Shown one piece after another: positions 1 to 12,617 of a stretch of 64,000 bases of DNA. Position 1 is the stretch's first letter, and each line of letters opens with the position of its first letter. The notes beneath the pieces are model-generated. The model saw nothing but the letters and a program-made list of their open reading frames with translations, did not search any database and was not told the DNA's origin. The position numbers and the translations under genes are program-made. The DNA comes from Octopus sinensis (lineage: Eukaryota), in contig NC_043018.1 of assembly GCF_006345805.1 (NCBI RefSeq), positions 18,414,001 to 18,478,000 on the forward strand. Reading direction: 5' to 3'.

Positions 1-620
1 CTTTACTCTTTTACTTGTTCCAGTCATCAGACTGCGGCCATGCTGGAGTTCTGCCTTGAAGAATTTTCTAATCGAATGTATCTACCCCTCCATACTCTTT
101 ACTCTTTTACTTGTTTCAGTCATTTGACTGCGGCCATGCTGGAGTTCTGCCTTGAAGAATTTTCTAATCGAATGTATCTACCCCTCCATACTCTTTACTC
201 TTTTACTTGTTCCAGTCATCAGACTGCGGCCATGCTGGAGTTCTGCCTTGAAGAATTTTCTAATCGAATGTATCTACCCCTCCATACTCTTTACTCTTTT
301 ACTTGTTTCAGTCATTTGACTGCGACCATGCTGGAGTTCTGCCTTGAAGAATTTTCTAATCGAATGTATCTACCCCTCCATACTCTTTACTCTTTACTTG
401 TTCCAGTCATCAGACTGCGGCCATGCTGGAGTTCTGCCTTGAAGAATTTTCTAATCGATGTATCTACCCCTCCATACTCTTTACTCTTTTACTTGTTCCA
501 GTCATCAGACTGCGGCCATGCTGGAGTTCTGCCTTGAAGAATTTTCTAATCGAATGTATCTACCCCTCCATACTCTTTACTCTTTTACTTGTTTCAGTCA
601 TTTGACTGCGACCATGCTGG
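1..620. repeat. 96-bp tandem array derived from a SINE tail, about 6.5 units, starting outside the window
   Basis: The unit ctttactcttttacttgtt..catact recurs every 96 bp (giving the 32-aa ORF repeat). Two variants, CAGTCATCAG and CAGTCATTTG, mostly alternate. Confidence 0.95.
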
Positions 621-985
621 AGCACCGCCTTTAATCGAGCAAATCGACCCCGGGACTTAAACTTTTGTAAGCCCAGTACTTATTCTATCGGTCTCTTTTG
701 CCGAACCGCTAAGTAACGGGGACGTAAACACACCAGCATCGGTTGTCAAGCAATACTAGGAGGACAAACACAGACACACAAACATACACGCACACACATA
801 TATATATATATACATATATACGACGAGCTTCTTTCAGTTTCCGTCTACCAAATCCACTCACAAGGCATTGGTCGGCCCGCGAGGCTATAGTAGAAGACAC
901 TTTACCAAGATGCCACACAGTGGGACTGAACCCGGAACCATGAGGTTGGTAAGCAAGCTACTTACCACACAGCCACTCCTGCGCC
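581..985 (-). mobile_element. tRNA-derived SINE family A (about 400 bp), full length
   Basis: On the minus strand: A-box-like TGGCTGTGTGGTAAG, B-box-like GGTTCAGTCCC, central TA/CA tract and AAAGAGTA-type tail. Many copies in the window. Confidence 0.88.
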
Positions 986-989
986 CATT

Positions 990-1121
990 AGTTAGTTATT
1001 TTTTATAAGCCTGGCATTTATTCTATTGGTCCCTTTTGCTAAACTGCTAAGTTACAGGGACATAATCACAACAGCACTGGCTGTCAAGTGGTGGTGGGGG
1101 GACAAACACAAATAAAAAGAA

Positions 1122-1179
<58 letters not shown>

Positions 1180-1340
1180 GATGGGCTTCTTTCAGTTTCT
1201 GTCTGCCAAATCCATTCACAAGGCTTTTGTCAGCCCGAGGCTACAGTAAAAGACACTTGCTCATGGTGCCACACAGTGGGACTGAACCCAGAACCATGTA
1301 GTTGGGAAGCTAGCTTCTTACCACACAGCCACGCTTGTGC
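990..1340 (-). mobile_element. SINE family A, diverged copy
   Basis: Homologous to 581-985 with substitutions. Confidence 0.8.
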
Positions 1341-1745
1341 CTGTCACACTTTGAGCGAATCTTTACAGAAACATTGGCGCTGTAAATAGATTTACTTAAT
1401 GTTGTAAAAGGAAAGAAATTATTTTATTCATTGTAAGTCGATCTACTTATAATGTCTAATTTCTTTCTATTGCAACATAAAATAAATCTATTTAATGTTC
1501 TAATAAAAAAGAAATTAGACTTTGTAAGGTAAATCTATTTAATGTTATAACAGAAAAATTAGACACAGTAAGATCTAATTAATGTTGGAACGAACAATTG
1601 AGGAGGTGCAGTATGGCCAAATAGTTAAGGAATTAGCTTTACAGCCATGTGGTACTAGTTTTGATTCCATCATGTGGCATCTTGAGCAAATGTCATTTTC
1701 TATAGCCCTGGATCAACCCATACTTTGTGACTGAAAATGAGTATA

Positions 1746-2313
1746 GGCGTAGGAGTGGCTGTGTGGTAAGTAGCTTGCTTACTTAACCACATGGTTCCGG
1801 GTTCAGTCCCACTGCGTGGAACCTTGGGCAAGTGTCTTCTACTATAGCCTCGGACCAACCAAAGCCTTGTGAATGGATTTGGTAGACGGAAACTGAAAGA
1901 AGCCCGTCGTATATATATATATATATGTGTGTGTGTTTGTGTGTCTGTTTGTCCTCCTAGCATTGCTTGACAACCGATACTGGTGTGTTTATGTCCCCGT
2001 TATCTAGCGGTTCGGCAAAAGAGACCGATAGAATAAGTACTGGGCTTACAAAAGAATAAGTCCCGGGGGTCGAGTTGCTCGATTAAAGGCGGTGCTCCAG
2101 CATGGCCGCAGTCAAATGACTGAAACAAGTAAAAGAGTAAAGAGAGTATAAGCGTAGGAGTGGCTGTGTGGTAAGTAGCTTGCTTACCAACCACATGGTT
2201 CCGGGTTCAGTCCCACTGCGTAGAACCTTGGGCAAGTGTCTTCTACTATAGCCTCGGACCAACCAAAGCCTTGTGAATGGATTTGGTAGACGGAAACTGA
2301 AAGAAGCCCGTCG

Positions 2314-2346
<33 letters not shown>

Positions 2347-2770
2347 TTGTGTGTCTGTTTGTCCTCCTAGCATTGCTTGACAACCGATACTGGTGTGTTT
2401 ATGTCCCCGTTATCTAGCGGTTCGGCAAAAGAGACCGATAGAATAAGTACTGGGCTTACAAAAGAATAAGTCCCGGGGGTCGAGTTGCTCGATTAAAGGC
2501 GGTGCTCCAGCATGGCCGCAGTCAAATGACTGAAACAAGTAAAAGAGTAAAGAGAGTATAAGCGTAGGAGTGGCTGTGTGGTAAGTAGCTTGCTTACCAA
2601 CCACATGGTTCTGGGTTCAGTCCCACTGCGTGGGATCTTGGGCAAGTGTCTTCTACTATAGCCTTGGACCAACCAAAGCCTTGTGAATGGATTTGGTAGA
2701 TGGAAGCTGAAAGAAGCCCGTCGTATACATGTATGTGTGTGTATATGTTTGTGTGTCTGTGTTCGTCCCC
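1746..2770 (+). mobile_element. Head-to-tail tandem of SINE family A (two full copies plus one partial, 410-bp period)
   Basis: Heads ggcgtaggagtggctgtgtgg at about 1746, 2151 and 2561; the first two copies are nearly identical. Confidence 0.9.
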
Positions 2771-2829
2771 CCCCCCATCTCAAAATAAATACAGTAATGA
2801 AAGAGTTAAACACCCAAAGTTATATTTAA

Positions 2830-3225
2830 CTAGCAGTATCACCTGGCGTTGCTCGGGTTTGTAAGGGAAATAACTATATAAGCATTTTTAGAGAGTTATA
2901 GCCAAAAAATAGCAAAAATGCATTAAAAATGGGAGAAAATGATGGTAAATTTTGTTTAAAATCGTTGACTCATCGTAGACATTTTTAGAGAGTTACTTCC
3001 CTTATTTAATAGCGAAAAAAATGCATTAAAATGGAAAAAAATGATGGTAAATCTTTTTTTAAATCGTAGACTCATCGTAGACGCGCGCTAATACCCAGAA
3101 GAGCTCGAAATGAATCACGACTATAAGATACCCGGTTTTGGTTAAACTGCATCGCAAAATGTGAGAGTAGTTAGGAATCTAAATCGTAGGAGACAGACAC
3201 ACAACCTTACTTTTATATATAAAGA
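2830..3225 (-). mobile_element. Non-autonomous Helitron
   Basis: On the minus strand it starts A|TCTTTATATATAAAAG and ends with the GC-rich hairpin CCCGAGCAACGCCAGG followed by CTGCTAG|T. This gives 5'-TC, 3'-CTAG, an A|T insertion site and no TSD. Confidence 0.8.
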
Positions 3226-4514
3226 TTTGCAACATATTACTATTTGGTCAAAAGTCTGGAACACAGGTCTGAAAATTTTTCTTGTAGTTATTGAGTTATT
3301 GGATCAGTTATTCGGTAAGTATATCGCTACGTTGTATATGTCTGATTCGAATTGTACTTGGGCTGAACAATTTTAATTTTTGTAAAAAGAATTTTGGCCG
3401 TGACTGTAATAATACAAACGGTTACAATAAGGTTGGAACTTATGGCCATGAGGAATAAAGTCTTTTTAACAATGCTGCTGTCACCAAAATTGTCAAAGAT
3501 GAGTGACATGGCCTCTAGTGGGTGATGTATAGATATGATTCCACAGTGGAAAATATATTGGTGGGAGTTGGCAGGGGTTGCAGAGGTTAGTGATGAGGAA
3601 TAGAGATTGATGATGATGATGATGATGAAGGTATGAGTTCTGGCAATGGTAAGGAAGACATACTGGTGGTTGGGCTGGACAAAGACCACTGGCAAAAAGA
3701 TAGAAATTTATGATGACGATAATAAAAGAAGTGATTGTTCAAGCAATGGAGAAAGAAGACATGGGGTGGAGGGTGGGGGTCAAAGTTACTGTTTGATGAA
3801 TAGGTATTCATGGTGGTGATGGTGATGGTGGTGATGATGATGATGATGATGATAGAGGTGATTCTTTAAAACTGTTTCACATTTGAAATGTTAGAATTAA
3901 GAACAAAAAGATGGTAGTTGGTGTGGTGGGAGAGGTTGCCCTTTAAGGGGGTGTGAAATACCATAACTGCACATTTTCAAAGAGTTGGATAGATTCCTCC
4001 AGACAAAAGGAAAGAGGGAGAGAAAGAGAGAGAGAAAGGTGTGATGGTTTATTGATAATATTGGTGACAATGATGATTTTGATAACAAAACAATAAATAT
4101 GATATTAAAAAGATTTAATATTGTTTGATTGTTTTATTTATTTGAGGAATTTATTGTCTGATTTTCTTCTCAAGGAATTGAAAGAAACAAGAGAGAGAGA
4201 GAGGGAGGGAGAGAGGAGGAGAGAAAGAGAGGGAGAGAGAGAGGGAGAGAGAAAGAGAGAGAGAGAAAGATGGTAAGAAAGAAAGAGATCAAAGGAGCTA
4301 ATAAAGAAAACAATGAAGAAGAAAGAAACATTTCATGCTGATAATTAGATTTGTTAATTAAATAATTGGTAAAATAACTCTACCTCAGTAAAAAAAATTT
4401 TTTTTTTTGTTTGTTCGGCAATTAAAAGTAAAAACGAAAAAAACCAATAAAAACAGATTACATCACCAAACGAAATATAACTGAAAGATATTAATTGCTA
4501 TTACTATTAAGGTA

Positions 4515-5114
4515 ACGAGCTGGCAAAATAATCAGCACAGTGGGTAAAATGCTTAGTGGCATTTTGTCTTCTTTACGTTCTGAGTTCAAATTTGCCACGG
4601 TCGACTTTGCCTTTTATCTTTTTGGGGGAGATAAAATAAGAACCACTCAAGCACTGGGGTGGATGTGAATGTGATTGACTTACTCCACCCGCTGAAATTG
4701 CAGGCATTGTGCCAAAATTTGAAAACATTATTAATACATTTCTAAATCTCTCAGAGAGTTTTATACAGTAGTAACACAATAAAGTGGTGGTAAGTTGTCG
4801 ACTTAATGTGAATGCCCCATAAAAGGGAAGAATGCTATTTAGCCCTGTTATTCCCTTTCATGGTTCTTGAGATATCTTGTCCAGGGACAAACAAACAAAC
4901 AAATGCAACTAAAAACAATAACTTCACCATTGCTAATATGAAGGTAATAATAATAATAATAATAATCCTTTCTACTATAGGCACAAGGCTTATATGAAAG
5001 GGAATAACAGGGCTAAATAGCAGTAGTATTATTCCCTTTCATGGGACTGCCACATTAAGTTGACAACACACCACCACATAATCATTATTATTATTATCAT
5101 CGTTATTATTATTG

Positions 5115-5153
<39 letters not shown>

Positions 5154-5374
5154 GGGCAGTAAGCTGGCAGAATTGTTAGCACGCTGGGCGAAATGCTTAG
5201 CAGTATTTCATCTGCAACTATGTTCTGAGTTGAGTTCAAATTCTGTTAAGTTCAACTTAGCCTTTCATCCTTTCAGAGTCAATTAAATAAATACCAGTTA
5301 CACACTGGGGTCGATGTAATTGACTTAATCCATCCCACAATTCTGAGGCCTTGTGCCTCCAGTAGAAAGGATTA

Positions 5375-5437
<63 letters not shown>

Positions 5438-5600
5438 GGGTGGTGAGCTGGAAGAATCGTTAGCATACTGGGCGAAATGCTTAGCAGTATTTCATCTGCC
5501 ACTATCTCCTGAGTTCAACTTTGCCTTTCATCCTTTCGGAGTTGATTAAATAAGTACCAGTTATGCACTGGGGTCCATGTAATCGACTTAATCCCTTCTT
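4515..5600 (+). mobile_element. Cluster of diverged tRNA-derived SINE family B copies with (ATT)n tracts
   Basis: Heads GAGCTGGCAGAA..TTAGCA, B-box GAGTTCAAATT, and core GACTTTGCCTTTCATCCTTTCGGGGTCGAT at about 4515-4735, 5155-5370 and 5440-5600. Confidence 0.8.
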
Positions 5601-5699
5601 ATTACCTCCATCTTAGTGAAGGCAAAGTTATTGTTTTCAGTCACATTTGTTTGTTTGTTTGTTTGTCTGTGGGCAAGATATCTCAAGACCCACTTGATG

Positions 5700-6150
5700 G
5701 ATTCGGATGAAACTTTCGGGGATGTTTGGCCTTATAACTGGCACAAACTGATTAGATGCCGGTGCCACATAAAATGCTCCTGAGCTGGTGCTACATGAAA
5801 AGCACATGTGCCATGTGAAAAATAGCAGTGCTGGTGCCATCTAAAATGTGCCTGTGCTGGTGCCACATAAAAATCTCCCGTGCTGGTGCCACATAAAATG
5901 CTCCTGAGCTGGTGCTACATGAAAAGCACATATGCTGGTGCCATGTGAAAAGTAGCAGTGCTGGTGCCACGTGAAAAGCACCCAGTAAACTTTGTAAAGT
6001 GGTTGGCATAAGGAAGGGCATCTGGCCATAGAGACCAAGCCAAAATGGAGAATTGGCGCCTAGTGAAGCTCTCCAGCTGATCAGCTTCTGTCAAATGTCC
6101 AACCCATGCCAGCATAGAAAATGGACGTAAAAGGATGATGATGACGATGA
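5700..6150 (+). mobile_element. RTE-type LINE 3' UTR fragment with short internal repeats
   Basis: Repeated gtgctggtgccacataaaa units ending in ccaacccatgccagcatagaaaatggacgtaaaag(gat)n, the same tail as 12614-13553. Confidence 0.75.
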
Positions 6151-6490
6151 TTCACATTCTTCCCATAACTGAGGAAATATGTGCCAGTAATACATTAACG
6201 AGAAGAGAGCTAATTGCTTACACACATAATTAGTTTTGTGCAAGACAAGCAAATTCTTACAATTCTCAAATATGGATTTTCTTATTGAAGAATTTTGATT
6301 TTTGGAAAGAAAAAAAAGAAAAGATAAAATAAAATAAATGGATAAATTTTATTTATCATCAATAATATTTTTGAAAAATATTAATTTAATTTTATTCCTT
6401 ATTGTATATTTTTTTTAGAAATGAAAAAGAATCATGAAATATTTTTCTTTATTCAGTTAAACTTATTCTTCCCATTATTCTTCTTCTTTC

Positions 6491-6551
<61 letters not shown>

Positions 6552-7039
6552 CCTTTCTTTAGCAATAGTAATAAGATGGAAAATAGTAATATGGTACAAG
6601 AGGGGATGGAGAGAAGAGATAAGGAATTATGTATAGGAAAAATAATATGCTGTAAGCAATTAAACAAATGTATGTTTCTCCTATTATTATGGTTGCTAAT
6701 ATAATAATGAAAATTAAATTTTAATTCCATTGATTGCATTAAACTTACTAGAAATTTCTTAATATTGTAAAAATTTTCTTCTTATATTATCTTTTTGTTT
6801 TTTTTTTGTTGTTTTTATTTACTTTGTAATTCTGGGTCTTCTTTTATTATCTCGTAATATATGACAATAACAAGAAACATGACAGGTTTTTTTTTACTTT
6901 TCTTTTCTTTTCTTTTTTCTTTTTCTTTTTTTTTGAAAAGTACACGAAAATACAAGGAAATACATCTTGGAAAACAAATGTTGTTGACAAGACAAATCAT
7001 ATGATGCAATTCATAAAATAAATAAATAAATAAATCAGT

Positions 7040-7080
<41 letters not shown>

Positions 7081-7629
7081 ATTGATATATGGAGATATAG
7101 GTATGAGATAAAAAATTGAGAAAAATGAGGAAGTGAAAAAAATCTTTGCTTATTACATTTAGATTTTTTTTATTTCATTATCTAATTTTGTTTTTGTTTT
7201 GAATGAAGAATTTCTCTTTGTCTTCATTCTGCTATTTGCTTCTTATAGTGCCATTTCTTCTAAGCAATTGTCATATTAAGCCCACATTTATGAGATTGCC
7301 GATATCACTTCAATATTTTATGAGAAACTTTTAATTTCGTTTTTTTTTTTTATGTTTTGTGTTGTTGTTGTTTTTCTTTCTTAAAAGAAAACAAAACACA
7401 AACCGTATTGATCAAACGGACGGAGAGGAGGAAATATAAACATGTTTGGGAAAGATAATGCAGAAGAATTTACATACACAGGGATAGAAAGACAGAGAGA
7501 TAGGTAACTGTGTGTGTGTATATATATATATATATGTGTATGTGTGTGTATTATAAATATATATAAATACACACACACATACAAACATAAAAAGATATAG
7601 ATAAATAGAAATATAGACATAAGATAAAT

Positions 7630-7707
7630 AGCTGTGTGTATGTGTATACATACATACATAATATATATATATATTTATATATATAATATATTATATATAT
7701 ATATATT

Positions 7708-7741
<34 letters not shown>

Positions 7742-8497
7742 ATGTATATATATATGTATATATATATATTTATGTATATATATATATATATATATATATT
7801 TATGTATATATATATGTATAATATATATATATTTATGTATATATATATTATATATATATTATATATATATTTATGTATATATAATATGTATATATATATA
7901 ATATTTATGTATATAATATGTATATATATATATATTTATGTATATATATATAATGTATATATATATGTATATATATATATATTTATGTATATATATATGT
8001 ATATATATATATATTTATGTATATATGTATATATATATATTTATGTATATATATGTATATATATATATATTTCTGTATATATATATATGTATATATATCT
8101 ATATATATATATATATTTATGTATATATATATTATATATATATATATATTTATGTATATATATATATTTATATATATGTATATATATATATATTTATGTA
8201 TATATATATATGTATATATATATTTATGTATATATATATGTATATATATGTATATATTATATATTTATATATATATATGTATGTATAGATATATATATAT
8301 ATATATATATATAGATAGATAGATACATATATAGATATATACACACATACATATATATATATGCACACATATATACACCCACACACAGATTTACATATGT
8401 ACATTTACATACACATATATACATATATACGCATATAAATGCTTATATACATATATACACAACACATATATATATATATATATATATCCTTATATAC

Positions 8498-8560
<63 letters not shown>
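7630..8560. repeat. Long (TA)n-type compound microsatellite
   Basis: About 0.9 kb of almost pure A/T with recurring tatatatatttatgta subunits. Confidence 0.95.
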
Positions 8561-8940
8561 ATTCATATATAATATTATTTATTCCTAATATTATTATTAT
8601 TATTACTTTTATTATGATTATTATTATATATGCAAAACTTGTTCTGCTCCCAACTTTGACAAAAAAAATACAAAGCCCTTTGTTGTGAATTAATATGAAA
8701 TCAGATTAACTTAATTCACAATTTATTTACCAATTCATCATATTTATGTTTTGTATATATGTATGTATGTAAGAGAAAGAAAGAAAGACAGTGAGTGAGT
8801 GAGTGAGTAAGAGGGTGTGTTTATTAACTTTCAAGTTTGAAATATTGGCCGCAATATCAATTTTATTATCAAAGATATGAATATATTTTCAGATGATACG
8901 CACTTTACACACATGCCCATCACTACATAAACACACATTG

Positions 8941-8974
<34 letters not shown>

Positions 8975-9334
8975 TAGCGATGAGTTAAAAAAAAAAGTAG
9001 GAAGTAATTTTTATAAATTTCACAGCTAATATTTTATTTTTCAGGCGAGGAGTGAAAATGGTAAATAAGAATATAATAGCACCACCAAAAGAAGAAGAAC
9101 CCCTGCTCTGCTACATATTGGAACTTGTCACAAAAAATCAGAATAATGAGAGAGACATTCTAATGTGAAACATGACTGGAATGTATGAATGGTTTTAAAT
9201 AATTTTTCTTTTACTGTGAGACCAGATCTCCACTGCAACATCCATCATAATCATCATCATCACTACTGACATTAATCATCATCATCATCATTAAAGTAAG
9301 AATTATAATAGATACCAAAAGAACTTATAAACTG

Positions 9335-9375
<41 letters not shown>

Positions 9376-9599
9376 ATTCTATTTATGGAACAGTGTTTCT
9401 GAAAGCACAGAAAACTATACATAATTTCTTCTTAATTTTGAGGGGAGGGGTAAGTTGATTCATCGACCCCACAACTCTGGGGTGAAAAACCCCTTCAGAT
9501 GGAAAAAATCCTACAAGCAGCCACTGACTTTTTCTATCCAAAAGAGTTTCTACAGCCCTGTATTTACATGGCATTATTAGAACCAATTCTTGTGCCTTC

Positions 9600-9880
9600 A
9601 GTAGAAACAATTATTTAAAGCTTTATACCTACATCGAGAACCAATTCTATAATAGAATTAAGTACCAGTTGTGTACTGGGATCAATGCAGTCAACTAACC
9701 CCCTCCCCACAAATTTGAGGCCTTGTGCCTTCAGTAGAAACAATTATTTAAAGCTTTATATCTACATCGAGAACCAATTCTATAATAGAATTAAGTACCA
9801 GTTGCGTACTGGGATCAATGCAGTCGATTAGTCCCCTCCCCACAAGTTTGAGGCCTTGTGCTTTCAGTACAAATGATTAT
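9600..9880. repeat. About 133-bp tandem duplication of a SINE-B tail plus flank
   Basis: agtagaaacaattatttaaagctttata.. at 9600 and 9733; a third partial copy is split by the MITE at 9885. Confidence 0.8.
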
Positions 9881-9884
9881 TAAA

Positions 9885-10074
9885 CCCTTTAGTGTTCAGA
9901 CTATTCTGTTAAATTGTTTTGAATTAATCATGCATTATCTTATAGTTTTGAGGGTTCAATGATGTGATTGTTTATTTTTAAAATGTCAATGTAGGTTAGG
10001 TGTGAGAGGCTGGATATGGCCAGTTTAAATACAAAGCATGTAGAATATATTAGGCCGGTTTAAACATTAAAGGG
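9885..10074. mobile_element. piggyBac-like MITE
   Basis: Termini (TTAAA)CCCTTTAG ... AAAGGG(TTAA), about 190 bp, non-coding. Confidence 0.55.
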
Positions 10075-10114
10075 TTAAAACTTTAGTTATCTACATTGAG
10101 AACCGATTCTAAAA

Positions 10115-10345
10115 CAGAAATTATTTATTTATTGCCCACAAGGGGCTAAACATAGAGGGAACAAACAAGGACAGACATGGATTAAATCGATTACATCGAC
10201 ACCAGTGTGTAACTGGTACTTAATTTATCGACCCCGAAAAGATGAAAGACAAAGTCGACCCCGGCAGAATTTGAACCCAGAACGTAACGGCAGACGAAAT
10301 ACCGCTAAGCATTTCGCCCGGCGTGCTAACGTTTCTGCCAGCTCA
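10115..10345 (-). mobile_element. SINE family B, single copy
   Basis: Reverse complement of the SINE-B consensus including the head. Confidence 0.85.
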
Positions 10346-10826
10346 GGCATTTATCTGTCACGCATTCATATTTGCAACCATTATTGGACATAAAGATTCA
10401 CAGAATATTTGATTATCTTAAAGCATTCAGTTGTAAGTTGTGAAGGAAATGGAGGAAGATATGCAAGAGTAGGACATTACAGCTACTTAGGAATTTCTAA
10501 TGTTTCGTATATTAAGTGTCTATTAAGGGAGACATTATTAGCAGTTATTTATGAAGCTGCTATCAATAAGCATTTACTTGTGTATTATTGCAATTATACA
10601 TAATTATTCATCTTGTTCTGATAGGAAAACATGTACGAAAACTTGATCTATTGTATGTTATACAGTAAGGACTGCTCAGTATTGTGGATGGAGTTGAAGA
10701 GAAAGTGTGAGGAGATGTGCAAAAGTATTTGTGTTTAACTAGATCTGTATGAACACTTGTATGTATGTATGTATGTGGATGACCCCCTTTGGTCATGACT
10801 GACCATAAGATTAAGATTAAGATTAA

Positions 10827-11970
10827 GGCGGCGAGCAGGCAGAAATGTTAGCACGTCGGACGAAATGCGTGCCGTATTTCATCTGCCGTTACGTTCTGAG
10901 TTCAAATTCCGCCGAGGTTGACTTTGCCTTTCATCCTTTCGGGGTCGATAAATTAAGTACCAGTTACGCACTGGAGTCGATGTAATCGACTTAATCCATT
11001 TCTCTGTCCTTGTTTGTCCCCTCTGTGTTTAGCCCCTTGTGGGTAGTAAAGAAATAGGTATTTCGTCTGCCGTTACGTTCTGAGTTCAAATTCCGCCGAG
11101 GTCGACTTTGCCTTTCATCCTTTCGGAGTCGATAAATTAAGTACCAGTTACGCACTGGAGTCGATGTAATCGACTTAATCCATTTCTCTGTCCTTGTTTG
11201 TCCCCTCTGTGTTTAGCCCCTTGTGGGTAGTAAAGAAATAGGTATTTCGTCTGCCGTTACGTTCTGAGTTCAAATTCCGCCGAGGTCGACTTTGCCTTTC
11301 TCCCTTTCGGGGTCGATAAATTAAGTACCAGTTACGCACTGGAGTCGATGTAATCGACTTAATCCGTTCTCTGTCCTTGTTTGTCCCCTCTATGTTTAGC
11401 CCCTTGTGGGTAATAAAAATGGTATTTCGTCTGCCGTTACGTTCGAAGTTCAAATTCCACCGAGGTCGACTTTGCCTTTCATCCTTTCGGGGTCGATAAA
11501 TTAAGTACCAGTTACGCACTGGAGTCGATGTAATCGACTTAATCCATTTCTCTGTCCTTGTTTGTCCCCTCTGTGTTTAGCCCCTTGTGGGTAGTAAAGA
11601 AATAGGTATTTCGTCTGCCGTTACGTTCTGAGTTCAAATTCCGCCGAGGTCGACTTTGCCTTTCATCCTTTCGGGGTCGATAAATTAAGTACCAGTTACG
11701 CACTGGAGTCGATGTAATCGACTTAATCCGTTTCTCTGTCCTTGTTTGTCCCCTCTATGTTTAGCCCCTTGTGGGTAGTAAAGAAATAGGTATTTCGTCT
11801 GCCGTTACGTTCGAAGTTCAAATTCCACCGAGGTCGACTTTGCCTTTCATCCTTTCAGGGTCGATAAATTAAGTACCAGTTATGCACTGGGGTCGATGTA
11901 ATCGACTTAATCCGTTTCTCTGTCCTTGTTTGTCCCCTCTGTGTTTAGCCCCTTGTGGGTAGTAAAGAAA
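10827..11970 (+). mobile_element. SINE family B multimer: one head plus six units of about 184 bp
   Basis: Units start at gtatttc 10874, 11058, 11242, 11422, 11606 and 11790. The whole block is flanked by a 12-bp TSD gaccataagatt (10801-10812 and 11973-11984). Confidence 0.93.
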
Positions 11971-11972
11971 CA

Positions 11973-12285
11973 GACCATAAGATTTCACCTAAAAAAGTTC
12001 ACCTCTGAGGCACAAGTGTGGGCAAGGTTATTTATGGGAGACGAGCAGTTGCTCATGGATACCGATCTCCCTTCTCCATGCCACTAATGATATCCAAGGG
12101 AAAAGGCAAAGGGGCCGATACAGCTTGGCACCAGTGATGTCACAACTCATTTCTACAGCTGAGTGAAACGGAGCTGTGTGAAATAATGTGTCTTGCTCAA
12201 GAACACAAGATATAGCCTGGTCCAGGAATCGAACTCACTACCTCATGATTGTGAGTCCAATGATCTAACCAGTGAGCCATGTTCC
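11973..12285 (-). mobile_element. tRNA-derived CORE-type SINE, split by the SINE-B multimer (remainder at about 10770-10812)
   Basis: The minus strand shows a B-box GAGTTCGATTCC and a CORE-like GTGTTCTTGAGCAAGACAC. Confidence 0.7.
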
Positions 12286-12316
12286 TTCTCATTGTATGCA
12301 CATATATATATATATA

Positions 12317-12530
12317 TTGGGTCATCCTGTAAATAATGCAGTTTTTTTATACTTTTATTTTTCAAAATCAAGATAAAGTTCTTTTTTCATTTGAAATATA
12401 CTATCCTTCAGTTTTTATAAGGCTCTTCCATCTATCTGGTAGACTTGCAAGGACCCTCTTCCAAAATTCACTTGTTTGTAATGAAAAATACTCCACCAGT
12501 ACTGTTCTGACCTCGTCTACAGAACTCATG
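12317..12530 (-). mobile_element. Mariner transposon 3' fragment
   Basis: Minus-strand translation SVDEVRTVLVEYFSLQTSEFWKRVLASLPDRWKSLIKTEG resembles a mariner transposase C-terminus, followed by a TIR-like end next to TA. Confidence 0.7.
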
Positions 12531-12580
12531 TATATATATGTTTGTATATGTATGTATATATATGTATGTTTATGTATGTG

Positions 12581-12613
<33 letters not shown>

Positions 12614-12617
<4 letters not shown>

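Noticed and set aside
40-605. 165-aa and 60-aa ORFs with a 32-aa repeat
   Set aside because: They are translations of the 96-bp SINE-derived tandem array.
7634-8404. Long Y/I/M-rich ORFs (also at 15.8, 21.2, 24.7, 33.4, 45.2 and 53.1 kb)
   Set aside because: Stop-free reading of (TA)n/(CA)n microsatellites.
10827-10920. tRNA gene calls at A/B-box motifs
   Set aside because: All such motifs are heads of multi-copy SINEs without a full cloverleaf.
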